This document shows, one piece after another, positions 38,942 to 53,183 of a stretch of 64,000 nucleotides of DNA (its first letter is position 1; every line of letters begins with the position of its first letter). The stretch is from Octopus vulgaris (taxonomy: Eukaryota): positions 64,418,001-64,482,000 of the forward strand of contig OX597819.1 in assembly GCA_951406725.2 (NCBI GenBank), read 5' to 3'. The notes under the pieces were generated by a model that ran no database searches, was not told the DNA's origin, and was given only the letters and a program-made list of their open reading frames with translations. A program made the translations under genes and the position numbers.

Positions 38942-41762
38942 ACAATTATATATACACACATATATATATATAGCTATAAAAATAATCTACAGATGTTGTT
39001 GACGTCAGTATTTTATAAACATTCGAGTAAAGGTGATAGAATTCTGTCGTAGGAAAAGTGTTTCACGAATCGTTTCACATACAACTACAAAGAGTAGCAT
39101 GCAAATATTGGGTTGAAATCCCCTTTCGGTTAGAAAAATCTAATGTTAGAAAACCTATCATGTCTATGTGGGCTTGTGTGCCACGGGCAGTCTTCGAATT
39201 TTTCAAACTAAAAGTGTTTCTGAATCCAATATTTGCATGCTGTTCTCTATTGGTGTATGTAACGCGTTTCATGGTCTATTATCGCGGCCCTCTTGTCAGA
39301 ACAAGATTTGTTCTAACAAATGTTTTAGTTGCAAGTGTGGTTTACCTCCTTATCGAAGAATGAATTGGAAACAATGTAAAAACCGAAGTGGAAATGATAT
39401 TGTGTGTGTTTGTAATTGTGACGTAAAATTAAGAAAAGAAAATCTTGTCAAACGAAAGTCAAGCTAAATTGAAACCAAGTATAACCCAGCGCTATGTAAA
39501 GCGAATTACAAGTGCTAGTGTGTATTTGCAAGTGTGTGTGTGTGTGTATGTGTGTATGTGTGCGCGCGCGTATGTGTAAATGAATATCTTTGTGCATATG
39601 CGTCAGTGTGTATGTGATGTATTTCCGAGTATCTAAGCGTAATAGAAGACGCCCGACTGGTATTGTTAACAGTTAATTCTGTGCAATCTCTTTCCTGAAT
39701 GAACCGAACCAGCGATGACAAACCGCGACCATCAACTTTTTAGACTGGTGATGTGGATTGTTTGAAATCTGGCAAGGTATGAAGATTTGGTATCGGATGT
39801 AGCTTATGTCACGTCAATAGCTATATAACAGACGTTTCAAAGACATTGAAAATCATCGTTTTAAATATAGTGTCAAGAAAAACACAAAACATATAGCGGA
39901 TCAATCCAATACGGTTTTCATCTATAATTATCTGTAACGAGATTATTTTGATCATTTTACGTTTGACTAGATATTTATTGCTGATGTCTTAGATATTATT
40001 AAATAGTCGTATTGATAATGATCTATGTTTATGCTGAATGTTTGAGACGATGCTAATCAAAAAATCGACACGTCCTTTTGTCAGTGTGCCTTTATGTGCG
40101 AGTTCATGTTTTTTAGTGTATAAGAGTCAATGTGTGATGTGTGTGTGTATATATGTGTGTATTTGTGTGGGTGTGTCTACATGAATTGTGTTTTGATGGT
40201 TACAAAGATGGTTTCGCAATGACAAATTTCGGTGTTGATAATTCTGCGGAATATTTTCACCAATAGTTCCCCCCCCACCACCACCACCACCGTAATCTTG
40301 GAGTCCTCCAACCTCTGTAAATCAAATGAAGGAGACAAATTATGCATGGAAGCCTGTGTTAACAACTGCATTTGTGAAAAAAAAGCGTTTTGCAATATAA
40401 TTCTGTCTAAACATTTTGGAAATCGCAACACATGTCAGTTGAATGCTAAGCTACTTCCAACAATAAGAGGAACATGTATTTTGATTGAACCAATATTGGA
40501 ATACTTATAATCAAAACCGAGTGCGATGTGTTTACACTTTATGTTATGCTCACCTTCATGTGCGTACTTGATTATATTTCGTAGAAAGAACATGTTTGCA
40601 CCAAGTATATGTGTTTAGTCTGGTGAAAGCGTTTAATGATTTCCCTATTTATTTTTAACATAACTTTATGCTAATTCGATATAGATCGTAAACATATCTT
40701 TCAAGGCCGCATTGCATTCATCGTGTAGTTGTTTCACATCGAATCATAATGTTCGTTATCAAAGAAATAGAAAAAAATTAATAATCTCTCAATATAATAA
40801 GTTTGCTTTAAGCTAGAATTATCTTAGACTGTCTTTTGTGTAGCTTTGAGGCACAGCCATGTAAATATATATGATATGACATATGAAATATCTACAGAGA
40901 AAGAAAGATCTTATATGTGAAAAGGTTGACATGTATAAAACAGGAGATAATTAAGGATGGATGAACAAACAAACTTGTAGACACAATTACAATTAGTGTT
41001 TGTGAATTCCACGTGGCGATAAATAGTAGCTAAAGTATAAGCATCAAAGAACAGAAACATCAAACATTTTGTTTCAAAACCCAAGTGATTCCTTATTATT
41101 ATAGCACATGATACACTAATAAAGAGTATAAAGAAACAAATCCTATATTTTACAGTTGCTACGTTGACGTACATTTGCTATCTTCAATACAGAATACAAA
41201 TACAGATAGCATTTAATTTGTTCCATGAAGGATAGGTATAATAACCTTGAAAGAAATACACATTAGTACAAAAGAACTCTCTCTTTCTCTCTCTCACTTT
41301 GTTTGCTGCCTCATGTCTTGTCTTTTCTCATAATCTCTTCTGCCTTACTTCATTACTATTACCTACTATTACCGTTTTGTTATTTCCATTTCAATTTTCC
41401 CTCGTGTCATCCCTTTCTATGTTTTCTGCTGTCTCCTCTGCATGCACCTTCCGCTGTTTAATTTCTCTGTCTTTTGGCATTATCCTTTCTGTTTTCTCTC
41501 TGCTTGTCTCTACTTTCTATTACTTCTATCCCTCATCTATAATATTCTTTGCACCTCGGAGCTCACTGACCACATGCTTCCAAAGTTCAGACACCTACAG
41601 CCCCTAGGCTCTAAACCTTTCGGCACTCTTACTATATCTGACGTCCATTCTCTGTGCTACATATTATGCCCGATTGAGAAGGATCATAAATGGCAACGAT
41701 CTTACCAATATCAGAAGGCTTCAAATGTGATTGAAATTATACATAATTAATATTGGTATCAA

Positions 41763-42065
41763 GTGGAGGCACATGGCCTAGTACACAGGAGCAGCGGATT
41801 CGCGGTCGAGGGATCGCGGGTTCGAATCACAGACCGTGCGATATGTGAGTTTATGAGCGAAACACCTAAACTTCACGCGGCTCCGGCAGAAGTTAATGGC
41901 GAACTCCTGCTGACTCTTTCGCCACAACTTTCTCTCACTCTTTCCTCCTGCATCTAGCAGCTCGCCTGCGACGATCCGACGTCCAGTCCAGGCGGGGAAC
42001 CTATACGCCAAGTAAACCGGGAAACCGGCTCTTATGAACCAGACATGGCTCAAGAAGGAACAAAC
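41763..42065 (+). mobile_element. tRNA-headed SINE: family D head plus the tail seen at 3049
   Basis: GGTTCGAATC B-box; CTCTTTCGCCACAACTTTCTCTCACTC shared with 16188; AAACCGGGAAACCG..AGAAGGAAC shared with 3049. Confidence 0.82.
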
Positions 42066-42084
42066 CTAGAAGAAACCTAGAATA

Positions 42085-42605
42085 TTGGTTTCAAATTTTA
42101 GCACAAGGCCAGTAATGTATGGAATAATTCGATTACACCGATCCCAATGTCCTACTGGAATATATTTTATCGACTCCGAAAGAATTAAAGGAAATGTTGA
42201 CTTGAACTGCGAAAACAAAGGCAGACGTTATAATGCTAAGCATTAACGATTATGACGTCACCTTATATCCAATGATAATATTACGTCAGATTATTAACAG
42301 GACAGCAATTCTAATTACAGGTGTATATTAACATGTACAGGAAAATACAAAAGAAACGATGAACGGAATAAATATTTTGTTGCAAACAACAAACCATATA
42401 CCTTAAAAGTTTTAAAATCAATGGCATCAAATAAGGCGCTGAGTCGACAGTATTATTGGTACGGAGGAGGGGAATTCTTAGATGCATTTCGTCCATGTTC
42501 TGAGTTCAAATCCCGTCTACTTCGAATTTGCATTTCAAATTTTGGGGGCTTAATTAGCAGTTGAGCACCAGATATCGCTGTAACTTCTAGAGTTGTACCA
42601 AAATT
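42085..42605. mobile_element. Two degraded SINE B copies (42085-42245 minus, 42435-42605 plus)
   Basis: GCACAAGGCC..TTTATCGACTCCGAAAG; TTCTGAGTTCAAATCCCG. Confidence 0.55.
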
Positions 42606-42983
42606 TAAAATCAAAATTATAACTCCAGTGACTAGACCGTGTATTCTATTGCTTTAGAAATGCAGTAGAAATACATACAATGAAACAAACGGCTGGTTTT
42701 CACAAAAGGAAAAAAAAACTTTTACTAATGACATTTTTTTAAAATCTGAGGACAGAGGATAACATAAACATCATGGGATAGATATGTATATACAACATAT
42801 ACAAGGAAATTCGGATGGATCTCATCAGCTCAGTTTAGTAATACAGATATTATGCAACGCATACACACACAAATAAACACACACACAACACTCAGATATA
42901 TTGAAACAGGGAAAATAACGACGCTGATTATCAGTAGCAGAATAATGACCGAGAGGATATATTTTAAAGATATCCGCTCTTGC

Positions 42984-43048
42984 GCCTCGGGCCGACCAAA
43001 GCCTTGTGAGTGGATTTGGTAGACGGAAACTGAAAGAAGCCCGTCGTG

Positions 43049-43107
<59 letters not shown>

Positions 43108-43278
43108 GTGTGTGTGTGTTTGTCCCCCAACATCGCTTGCCAACCGATGCTAGGGTGTTTAAGTCCCCGTCACTTAGCGGTTCGGCAAATAATATGTCCT
43201 GTGGTTGATTTGCTCGACTCCAGGCGGTGCTCCAGCATGGCTGCAGTGAAACGACTGAAGCAAATGAAAGAATAAAAT
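42984..43278 (+). mobile_element. SINE family A, 5' truncated
   Basis: GCCTCGGGCCGACCAAAGCCTTGTGAGTGGATTTGGTAGACGG identical to the 62666 copy. Confidence 0.85.
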
Positions 43279-43736
43279 AATATATATTGCTTCTTAAATT
43301 CAATGTATTATCATGCTCTTATTGAAATTTCGATCTACATCGAGTCATCATAACTAAGCAATATATAGACACACACCGAAAGAAAACTACCAGCCAAACC
43401 GAATATGTAAGGAGAAAGAGAGAGAAAATACAGCAAAGTGTGAATAAGATCAATTATTAAATTCTGAAAGGATACACGCGTTTCATCCTTATCAAAATGT
43501 CGTAGCGACACCTATGCCATGCAGTTGTCACTAATATACTAGAAACTATACTAAAAGTGCTCAACAATGGCCCACGATTTTGTATAAAACGAGCAAACTA
43601 TGAATTCTAACGAGGCTGGGTTGTCATAAAATTGGTTTGATATTTGTGTAATAGGATTTCTATAATTTCCACTTAACACGGGATTCGTGTAAAGTATATA
43701 TGCACTAGCATGAATATTTGTGTATGCACGTATAAC

Positions 43737-43784
<48 letters not shown>

Positions 43785-43810
43785 CATACATGCATACATA
43801 CATACATACA

Positions 43811-43861
<51 letters not shown>

Positions 43862-43872
43862 GAATACATTGA

Positions 43873-43995
43873 ACATTTAAACACGTAAGAGATGGCCATA
43901 ACAAGATATCTGACCCGCTAGAAAGAGTAGTTAAACTCCTAAACTTCTAGCGGATCAGATGTCCTGTTATGGCCATCTCTTAAGTGTTTAAATGT
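43873..43995. repeat. 51-bp-arm hairpin (4 mismatches, 21-nt loop)
   Basis: 43873-43923 vs 43945-43995. Confidence 0.9.
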
Positions 43996-44093
43996 ACTCT
44001 TTATTTTTACATGATTATTATATAGTCTATTGACTAGTTTCTAAGCCACTGGTAGCAGAAAAAAATTTCAAAATTTCTTTCGCTACACTGGTA

Positions 44094-44128
<35 letters not shown>

Positions 44129-44489
44129 GTAGGTCCCGGGTTGATTCGGGGTTAACCACAGTAAATAAGGTACTCAATACATAGCAGAGTAAAATTAATT
44201 TATTATATAGAAGGAGCTTCTACAGGACTAGAACTGTTTCATTCAAGAGAAATCTTCAGGAAGCTAGTTAACAAGAATTGTATTGGCATTTATACATTTA
44301 GGCAGGTTTAAAGGGGTGTTGGTGGGGGACTTTTTGGGGGTAGGCATAGCGCAAAATATCATACTTGGGGGAGTGGTCAAGGAGTCAGTGTTAAATTAGA
44401 TAGAAGAATAAATAAAAAAAATAAAAAAATATATATATAAAAAAAAAGGGAATAGAGTTTTAGGTAAATAAGGAGATTCTCACTTATAC

Positions 44490-45282
44490 CTATGCACATA
44501 TGTATACATATATACACACACATACAAACATATATACATATACATACACACATACATACACACACACATATATACATATATATACACTTACACATACATA
44601 TACATATCTACACATACACATATATGTATACATACACACACTCACATGCATACACGTATACACACATGTATATATACACACACGACCACACATACATATA
44701 CACACAGAAAAATATATATACACATACACACACATACTCACATACACGCATACACACACATATCCACACACACACATGCACACACAGCACACTAGTCCCT
44801 ATATACACATATATACACATACACACATATATACACACACATACATATACATAAATATATATATATATATACATATGTGTACCTATGCATACCTACACAT
44901 ACACACATATATATACACATACAAATACAGACCCATTCCCTAATTTTAATTTTATTATCTTCATTTATTACTTTTGTTATCTTTGACCGCTGGTCACAAA
45001 CATCTTGGCTATGACAGCCAGTCCATTTATCTGTCTACTGGAAAACAAGCACTCATTCACTCACGCACACTCTTTAGCACGTACACTCACTCATTCGTAC
45101 ACTCATACACATACACGCACGCACGCGTTATATTCATACATACATACATCTACATACATTCACGTATATACACATACGTACGCGTACCTACAGATTCATG
45201 TCTACACTCTTAGAAGGCTAGTCTATACATATACACCAATAAATATAAATACACACACATACATATACACCTACATACAAAT

Positions 45283-45316
<34 letters not shown>

Positions 45317-45330
45317 ATTCACATACATAT

Positions 45331-45387
<57 letters not shown>

Positions 45388-45600
45388 TATATACATATAT
45401 ATACACACATACACATACATACATATACACACATACACATACATACGTATACATACATACATACATCCATACATCCATACATACATACATTTATACACAT
45501 ACACACACCCACACGTATACATATACATACATATATATACGCGCATGCATACACATACAAATACATACACATACGCATATACATATACATACATACATAT

Positions 45601-45653
<53 letters not shown>

Positions 45654-46023
45654 TACACACACATATACATATACATACATACATATACAAATATACGCAC
45701 ACACATACATACATACTCATATACACATACACGCACATACACATGTACATGCGTACCCATACACACACACACACGCGCATCCATATATACACATAAGTAC
45801 ACACATGCGTAAAAGTATACATATATCTATGCTTACACATACACACACACACACGCGCCTCCTTATATTCATACTTACATGCATACTCAAAAAATAAGTA
45901 AATAGTAAAATATATATATACGCGCAGTTATTCATACATGCATACTCAAAAAATAAATAATAAATATTAAGTATATGTACGTGCAGTTACCTATTATATA
46001 GACGGATACATACATATAAACTT

Positions 46024-46088
<65 letters not shown>

Positions 46089-46113
46089 TACACATACATA
46101 TACATATACACAC

Positions 46114-46144
<31 letters not shown>

Positions 46145-46185
46145 TACACATATATATATATACATACATATATACACACACACAC

Positions 46186-46230
<45 letters not shown>

Positions 46231-46467
46231 CACACACATATACATGTGTGCAAACATACATACATACTCATACACGCACACACACTTACATATACATATA
46301 TACACACACTTACACACATATATACATACACATATACATACATACATATATGCATACATACACACACACATATATATATATACATACATACACATACCTA
46401 TACATATATATACACACATATACATATACACATGCACATACTTATATCTCTACATACTCGCATATAC

Positions 46468-46500
<33 letters not shown>

Positions 46501-46579
46501 TACATATACCTATATACATGTATATATACACACACATATATATACACATATATACATATACACACACACATACATATAC

Positions 46580-46610
<31 letters not shown>

Positions 46611-46632
46611 ATATACACATACACACACATAC

Positions 46633-46709
<77 letters not shown>

Positions 46710-47107
46710 CATACATACATACATACACATATACATACATGTACATATATATATACATATACATATACATACACACACATACATATATCAACAATTGAGG
46801 GTAAAGTTAATTAGTTATTAATCAATTTCACCAAGTATTCAGTATGTAAAAGGACCATTATTTTTTGAGTAAACAATGTCTGAGGGAAAATATTCTCTAA
46901 GTAGTGGAAGAGGCTAAAAAACTTTTTTGGCTGCTATTTCTAGAAAGTTCAGTATGTGGCAAAGTAATTTATTTTACTAAGCTCTAATTATATAATATTT
47001 TATACATACATACACATACATACACACATACATATACACATACATATGCATACACACATATATACATATATACATATATACATATATACACACACACACA
47101 CACACGC

Positions 47108-47141
<34 letters not shown>

Positions 47142-47240
47142 TACATACATACACACACACACACATAATACATGCGTATATTCCTACTATACCCATACAT
47201 TTCTATACATATATACGATACACATATACAAGCGTGCACA
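44490..47240. repeat. ~2.7-kb degenerate (CA/TA/TACA)n array with short unique islands
   Basis: Direct reading; islands at ~44930-45050, 45880-46010 and 46795-46990. Confidence 0.92.
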
Positions 47241-47329
47241 TACAATATGTGAAAGGTCTTAGGAGAAAAGGTAATCGGGGGTGCTAGGGGAACGGTGGGA
47301 TTGGGGGGGGGGTTGTGGGTGGGGTGTCA

Positions 47330-47780
47330 TCAATCTGGTTGCCGGGTAGGTCTATAGTTCTTGTAGTTCGCATACTTCTTATGCATGCAATTTGGGGAGT
47401 GTTCTGAGATTTTGTTAAGGAGAGGGCCTTTGGCGAACAATATCTCTAGGCTCTCCGATATGCAGAGGTCACAGCAGGTATGGCCTCCTGTGTACGAGCG
47501 CGCCTTCTGTAGTAGTTTCCACTTGGTCTTGAAGGGGATGGAGTTTCTTTTAAGGTACCAGATGTGGGCGGCGAGGGTAGTTTGGTTGGATTTATCCTGT
47601 CGCCGGAACGAGTGTGTGTGTGCGTACCAACGGGTCTTAAAGCTGTTTGACGTCATTCCGATGTAGGATTTCTTTTATCGTCAGGGCCTGATCTTACCTC
47701 GCATGTATATACTAGGTCCCTCTGTAGGCAGTTGTTGTTGAGGGGGCAGGTGGTTTTATCAGGGCAGTTGCAATTGCTGT
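47330..47780 (-). pseudogene. GIY-YIG endonuclease of a Penelope-like element, one frameshift
   Basis: CNCPDKTTCPLNNNCLQRDLVYTCEV../KKSYIGMTSNSFKTRWYAH..LAAHIWYLK..CDLCISE..LLNKISE; frameshift in an A-run at ~47670. Confidence 0.88.
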
Positions 47781-47817
47781 GAAACAGTTCTAGTCCTGTA
47801 GAAGCTCCTTCTATATA

Positions 47818-47886
<69 letters not shown>

Positions 47887-48128
47887 TATATTTATAAATG
47901 AGTTAACTATATTTAGTGATAATGCAAAGACGCTAATAATAAATCGGTACACATATCGATCTGCAAGTTATCAATCAATTACTGATAGCTTGATTTTCGC
48001 AGCAGTTGTTTCAGAAGCACCTATTAATCTAACCTGCAATTTAAATTTATTGTATCAAGTGCAGATAGTTTATACTTAACATATCATTCTGTGAATTCTA
48101 GTTAGAAGTTAAAATATATATTGATATA

Positions 48129-48201
<73 letters not shown>

Positions 48202-48790
48202 TATGTATATAATATATATGTATATGTGTGTGCCTAAGCATAAATATGTGTGCAAATCTATGTGCGAATGACTGTGTGTAACAAGAAAGCAGATGCAGAT
48301 TTTGCGATTACTTAATACATTACTATACGTGTTTCATTAGAGAAAATATTCATTGTTAAAGCAATTATCTTAGAAACAGATTACATCATCAACTTCTTAG
48401 AGATCTTATAATAAACGAAATATTAATTTAAACTAGAACAACAACGGACCATGATAAAACGATATCAAGGAAAACCCCTTCATGGCAAATACTGGGCTAA
48501 ACAAAATGCAAAAGAAAGAAACAGAAAAATCCCAGTAATGGTTGAGAAGCTCAGGACTCAAAGCCTAGCAAGCAACTCGACAGATACATGGTTTATACGC
48601 AAGTAAACATTTCTAGTGAAACGCTTCAGAGTATACTTTAAATTGGTTAAGCTATAAATCTAGCTTTCAGAGAACATGCATACTAGACATAGATTTTAAT
48701 GCCCAGTTTTTGTGCTATAATGAAGAGGGACTGGTAACAGACATCACATGTCTGTATTAAGTCAAATTACATATATACACACATATGTGC

Positions 48791-48840
<50 letters not shown>

Positions 48841-48995
48841 GACGGGTTTCTTTCAGTTTCTGTCTATCAAATCTACTCACAAGGTTTTGGTTGACCCGAG
48901 GTTACAGTAGAAGACACTTATCCAAGGTACTACGCAGTGGGACTGAACCTGGAAACATGTGGTTGGGAAGAACGCTTCTTATCACACAGCCACAC
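48841..48995 (-). mobile_element. SINE family A 5' half
   Basis: GACGGGTTTCTTTCAGTTTC..GCAGTGGGACTGAACC..CACACAGCCAC. Confidence 0.82.
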
Positions 48996-49028
48996 CTAAA
49001 TTTATATATATATGTGTATGTATGTATG

Positions 49029-49062
<34 letters not shown>

Positions 49063-49149
49063 TGTATGTATGTATGTATGTATGTATGTATGTGTGCATG
49101 TCTGTGTGTGTGTGTGTGTACGTGAAAAATGTATTAACAAACGATGTAA

Positions 49150-49620
49150 TGTATACTGAAAATAAAAACAAACGGGAGACAAACAGAAATTCCATAACCC
49201 TTCATCAGTTATCGATCAATGGTACTCTTCAGTTTCGTACCTTTAACGATAAGACTGAATGGCTACCAATTGGCGAGGTCCGCAAAAAGTGTTTTCCTGC
49301 GTGGAATTAGAGAAATAGGAAACAAAATGAAATAAAGCATGCAAAGCGACACAGAGTTTGATTTAGGACGGCTGACGAGGACAAACAGGCGAGCAAAACA
49401 CGGCATTGGGGCCATGGAAACGATAATAGTGGGTAACACTTAGATGCTTTGAACAATTGAGAAAAGAGTGAGTGAATTTGCGACTGGTCATCTGAGGGAC
49501 CAGTGTAAGAAAGAAAGAAGAACGTGACAGCAGCAGGCAGGGAAGGACAGCAGGGAGAGAGAGAGAGACAGCCAGAGAAGGAAAAATGGGGTTGTGGATG
49601 AAGGGGAAAGAGAAATTATA
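49150..49620. mobile_element. Decayed repeat paralogous to 3330-3900
   Basis: Colinear shared words, see 3330. Confidence 0.6.
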
Positions 49621-50260
49621 CATACAGATATGAATATATAGTGCATTTGTACATTTGCAGATTTGTACCTCCGAGTGTGCTTCTATGTGTATGCGTGTGA
49701 GACTGTGTGTGCATGCCTCTGTGTGTGTGGGGTGAATGCGTATAAAATATACTGGTTACTTTTTAGATATGAATTAATAGACTAAACTAGTTCTGATTTT
49801 ATAAACTTTAATGATAATTTCCTTCGGTCCCGCGTTACGTAAAAAAATAGGTACATTCCGGAATTCAACGTTGATATTTCCGCTCATATTTGCATCATCA
49901 AATAACTGAAGTCTTATTTTCTGTCGTTGCAGCTAATTGATAAATTTCAGGGCAAAATGGCATTCATTAAGAACACATAGTCACTAATTTCATTGTTAAT
50001 ATTTATTCATATAAATTTCAATATCATTTTGTTGTATCTGTAATTCTTTGGTTTTATATCCTTGTGTAATAGGCGCCTTGTTTCTATTTTAAGTTCCTGT
50101 ATTTTTTCGCAAATCCATAACTTATTAAATATACCCTAAAATTATGAATGTAAATTTAGACAAAAATAAACATCAAAAACCAGCCATTTCAAGCGACATA
50201 CGCCTTTTCATATTGCTGTCTATCGCTCTTTCTTTCTTTCCCTCTCATCCACTCTCTCCT

Positions 50261-50356
<96 letters not shown>

Positions 50357-50574
50357 ATTTATCAAGTTTAATTAATTTCACATGGTATGTAAAGCGAATG
50401 AAAATCAAGCATGCCACCCGTTGTGGTTTTTTTACTGCTGTAACATCTTTCGCTGGATGAAAGGGATCGCATAGAATGTCTTCAAATAGAAATGCTTTTA
50501 GGGTTCCATATCAGACTTCAAGTATTTTACGTGCTGAATAAGTACAAATACCAAAAATCTAGAAAAAGAAAATC

Positions 50575-50618
<44 letters not shown>

Positions 50619-50655
50619 TGAAATATTACATATGTACATATATTGTATAATAATA

Positions 50656-51126
50656 TTGGGTTGTTCGGAAAGTTTGTGCCGATTTATAGTAGCTTGCCTT
50701 TCGACTTATTTTAGAACATGATTGAGTCCATAAAATAGGATTTAACTACACCTCCATTTAGAACACAGTTTAAGCTATATTTTCGTGGAGGAAGGTTTAT
50801 GTTCCTATAACCTGTGTTAAGGAAGTTCATTTTCGGCACTTGATGCTATACTGTTTCCGTAAAGGGAAAAATGCCTCACAAGCATTCAAAGAAATATGCG
50901 CAGTTTACGGCGATGTTTCTTTATCCGAAAAAACTGTACGGAAGTGGTTCACAAGCTTCCGTGCTGGAGATTGTAGTCTTATTGAAAAACTGCGATCAGA
51001 CAGACCATCCACTACAGATGATGGCCAAATCAAGTCATTAATTGAGAATAACCCACATTGTACAACCCGAGAATTGGCAGAAAGCCTCAACCTAGCAAAA
51101 TCCGTCGTTCATGAGCACCTAATAAA
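50656..51126 (+). mobile_element. Mariner 5' fragment (TIR plus HTH domains)
   Basis: TA|TTGGGTTGTTCGGAAAGT terminus; HFRHLMLYCFRKGKNASQAFKEICAVYG..TVRKWF..RSDRPS..TTRELAESLN..VHEHL; truncated by a trinucleotide tract. Confidence 0.88.
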
Positions 51127-51259
51127 GTTCATAATGATGGCGGTCCTAATTCTCATCATCACTATTACCCCGACGACCGCCGCCAACACCAAATGAACCA
51201 CCACTACCACCGCCGTTCCCAAATTCGTCCTCACTATAGTAATCTTGATACTCCTCTTC

Positions 51260-51700
51260 ACCATCATCATCACCGTCATTCACATAATGATGACGATGAT
51301 GATGTTGACGATGGTGATGATCACCCTCGCCGTCATTACGATCATCACCATAATGGTACTGCTCGGGCTACCAGCATGAGTATCACCAAGTCCTCCACAA
51401 CACACAACAACAACAACAACACCACCACCACCACCACCACCACCACCATCAACACCACCATCACAACTACCATCATCATCATCATCAACCTCATCATCAT
51501 CCTCATAATAATAATAATAATAATAATAATCATTACCACCACCGCCATCATCATCATCACCACCACCGCCACTACCACCAACATCATCATCATCATCATC
51601 ATCGTCGTCGTCGTCGCCGTCGTCATCATCATCATCATCATCAACAACAGCAGCAGCAGCATCGCTCTCAGCAACAATGACATTATCATTAACATCAGCA
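51260..51700. repeat. Compound trinucleotide tract (CAT/CAC/AAC/AAT/CGT/CAG)
   Basis: Direct reading. Confidence 0.92.
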
Positions 51701-52161
51701 CTAGTTTATCGAATATTGCAATTTCCAATATTCCATCATCTATTTTTCCACGCCTATTTTTTTTGTTATTGTTTGGCAAATACATATTTTTAAAAATTAT
51801 TATGGATGAGTGTAAAGTATCTATTTCATCTGCTTTTTGTGCTTTTCTATATTATTCGTGCGTTTTCTCTTCATATTTATCATCACAACGTTTTTTAGAA
51901 TTTCATTATCATAAGTATTATAACTATTATAACAAGTTTGACTACTTCCCTATATTAAAATCAATGCATACGTACGTGCATGTTCGTAATAACTTTTGTT
52001 ACATCATTTTAATCAGTTTTATAATGGCTGCAATTGGCTAATCCGTACACGGACTTTGAATTTTCGTACAGTTATTACGTTGAAAATAATTTTTGTCGTC
52101 GTTAAATTTGTTTGCCTCTTGTTACTTATTTTAATCTTTCATTCTCCCTTATTTATAACCT

Positions 52162-53104
52162 TATTATTATTATTCAGTAGTTTTATTTTTATAACGTGTT
52201 TTCACTTCCCTACCGAGCACAGTTCTGTGTCCCGTGGGTATGTGCAGGGGTTTGCTGTGAAACTGTTATGGTTACTGTAGTGAAAGTGTTTTGTGTAGGA
52301 TGTGTGCAGTGCCCAGTAGTGCAATTTTCTCTATGTTATATATATATTTGTAAGTCCTGGTGTTTTTGTTATGTATTTGTCTGAATATTTCTTATCATAC
52401 CTAATGCCCCCACTATGATAGGAATTGTTTCTGTTTTTAGATTCCACATTTCACTTACCTCTATTTCCAGGTCTTTTTATTTTGAATTTTTTTTCCATTT
52501 CTTTTAGAGAAACGTTGTCATCTTATGGTATTGATACATCAATTAGAAAGCATTTTTATCTTCCTGATCTCTGACAACTATATCGGGCCTATTGGCCTTA
52601 ATTTCTCTATCTGTGTGTATTGACATATCCCAGAGTAAGGTTGCTTTCTCGTTTACAGTGAGACTTTCTAGCGTGTGCCTATACCATCTTTTTTCTGTTG
52701 TTATTCCATAGTGTTGGCATAGGTTCCAGTTTATGTAGGTCCCAACTCTGTCGTGACTGTGAATATATTCCTTCTTTGCCAGGGCTGGGCAGCCAGAGAT
52801 AATATGATATATTATTTCTTGTCCACCTCTACATATTCTGTAGTTACTTGTTATGTTTCTTTTCATTTTATGTTTTTGGTAATATCTGGTGGGGAGGCTT
52901 TGGTCTTCAGCAGCAATTAAAATTCCTTCAATCTCGGCTTTGAGTCCTGAGCTTCTCAACCATTACTGAGAGTTTTCTGTCTATTTCTTTTGCATTTATT
53001 TTAGCCCAGTATTTGCCATGAAGGGGCTTTCCTTGCTATCATTCTGTCATGGTCCGTTGCTGTTCTAGTTTTAGTTTGGATTTCATTTGTTTTATAGCTT
53101 TTGT
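52162..53104 (-). pseudogene. 3' end of an R4/Dong-like LINE (CCHC, RLE, 3'UTR, (AAT)n tail)
   Basis: LKAEIEGILIAAEDQSLPTR..RIC..HIISGCPALAKKEY..HDRV..HTDREIKANRPDIVV..IVGALG..ALLGTAHIL. Confidence 0.88.
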
Positions 53105-53183
53105 TTCTTCTTCTTCTTCTTCTTCTTCTTCTTCTTCTTCTTCTTCTTCTTCTTCTTCTTCTTCTTCTTCTTCTTCTTCTTCA

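Larger units (their letters stand above)
44130..47823 (-). mobile_element. 5'-truncated Penelope-like retroelement with inverted partial pLTR, flanked by (TA)n
   Basis: GIY-YIG remnant 47330-47780; 44-bp perfect inverted repeat 44198-44241 / 47780-47823; hammerhead-like CTGAAGA..GAAA at 44228-44268 (minus). Confidence 0.8.

Noticed and set aside
44490-47196. Long ORFs up to 263 aa
   Set aside because: Stop-free dinucleotide repeats (YI/HT/CV)
47330-47780. Possible selenoprotein-type PLE
   Set aside because: Conserved Cys positions are ordinary Cys codons; no in-frame TGA and no SECIS recognised
49195-49245. GAAA...CTGATGA on minus, possible type-II hammerhead
   Set aside because: Stems I and II do not pair
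51193-52041. 282-aa ORF
   Set aside because: Compound trinucleotide tract plus T-rich sequence; no domain
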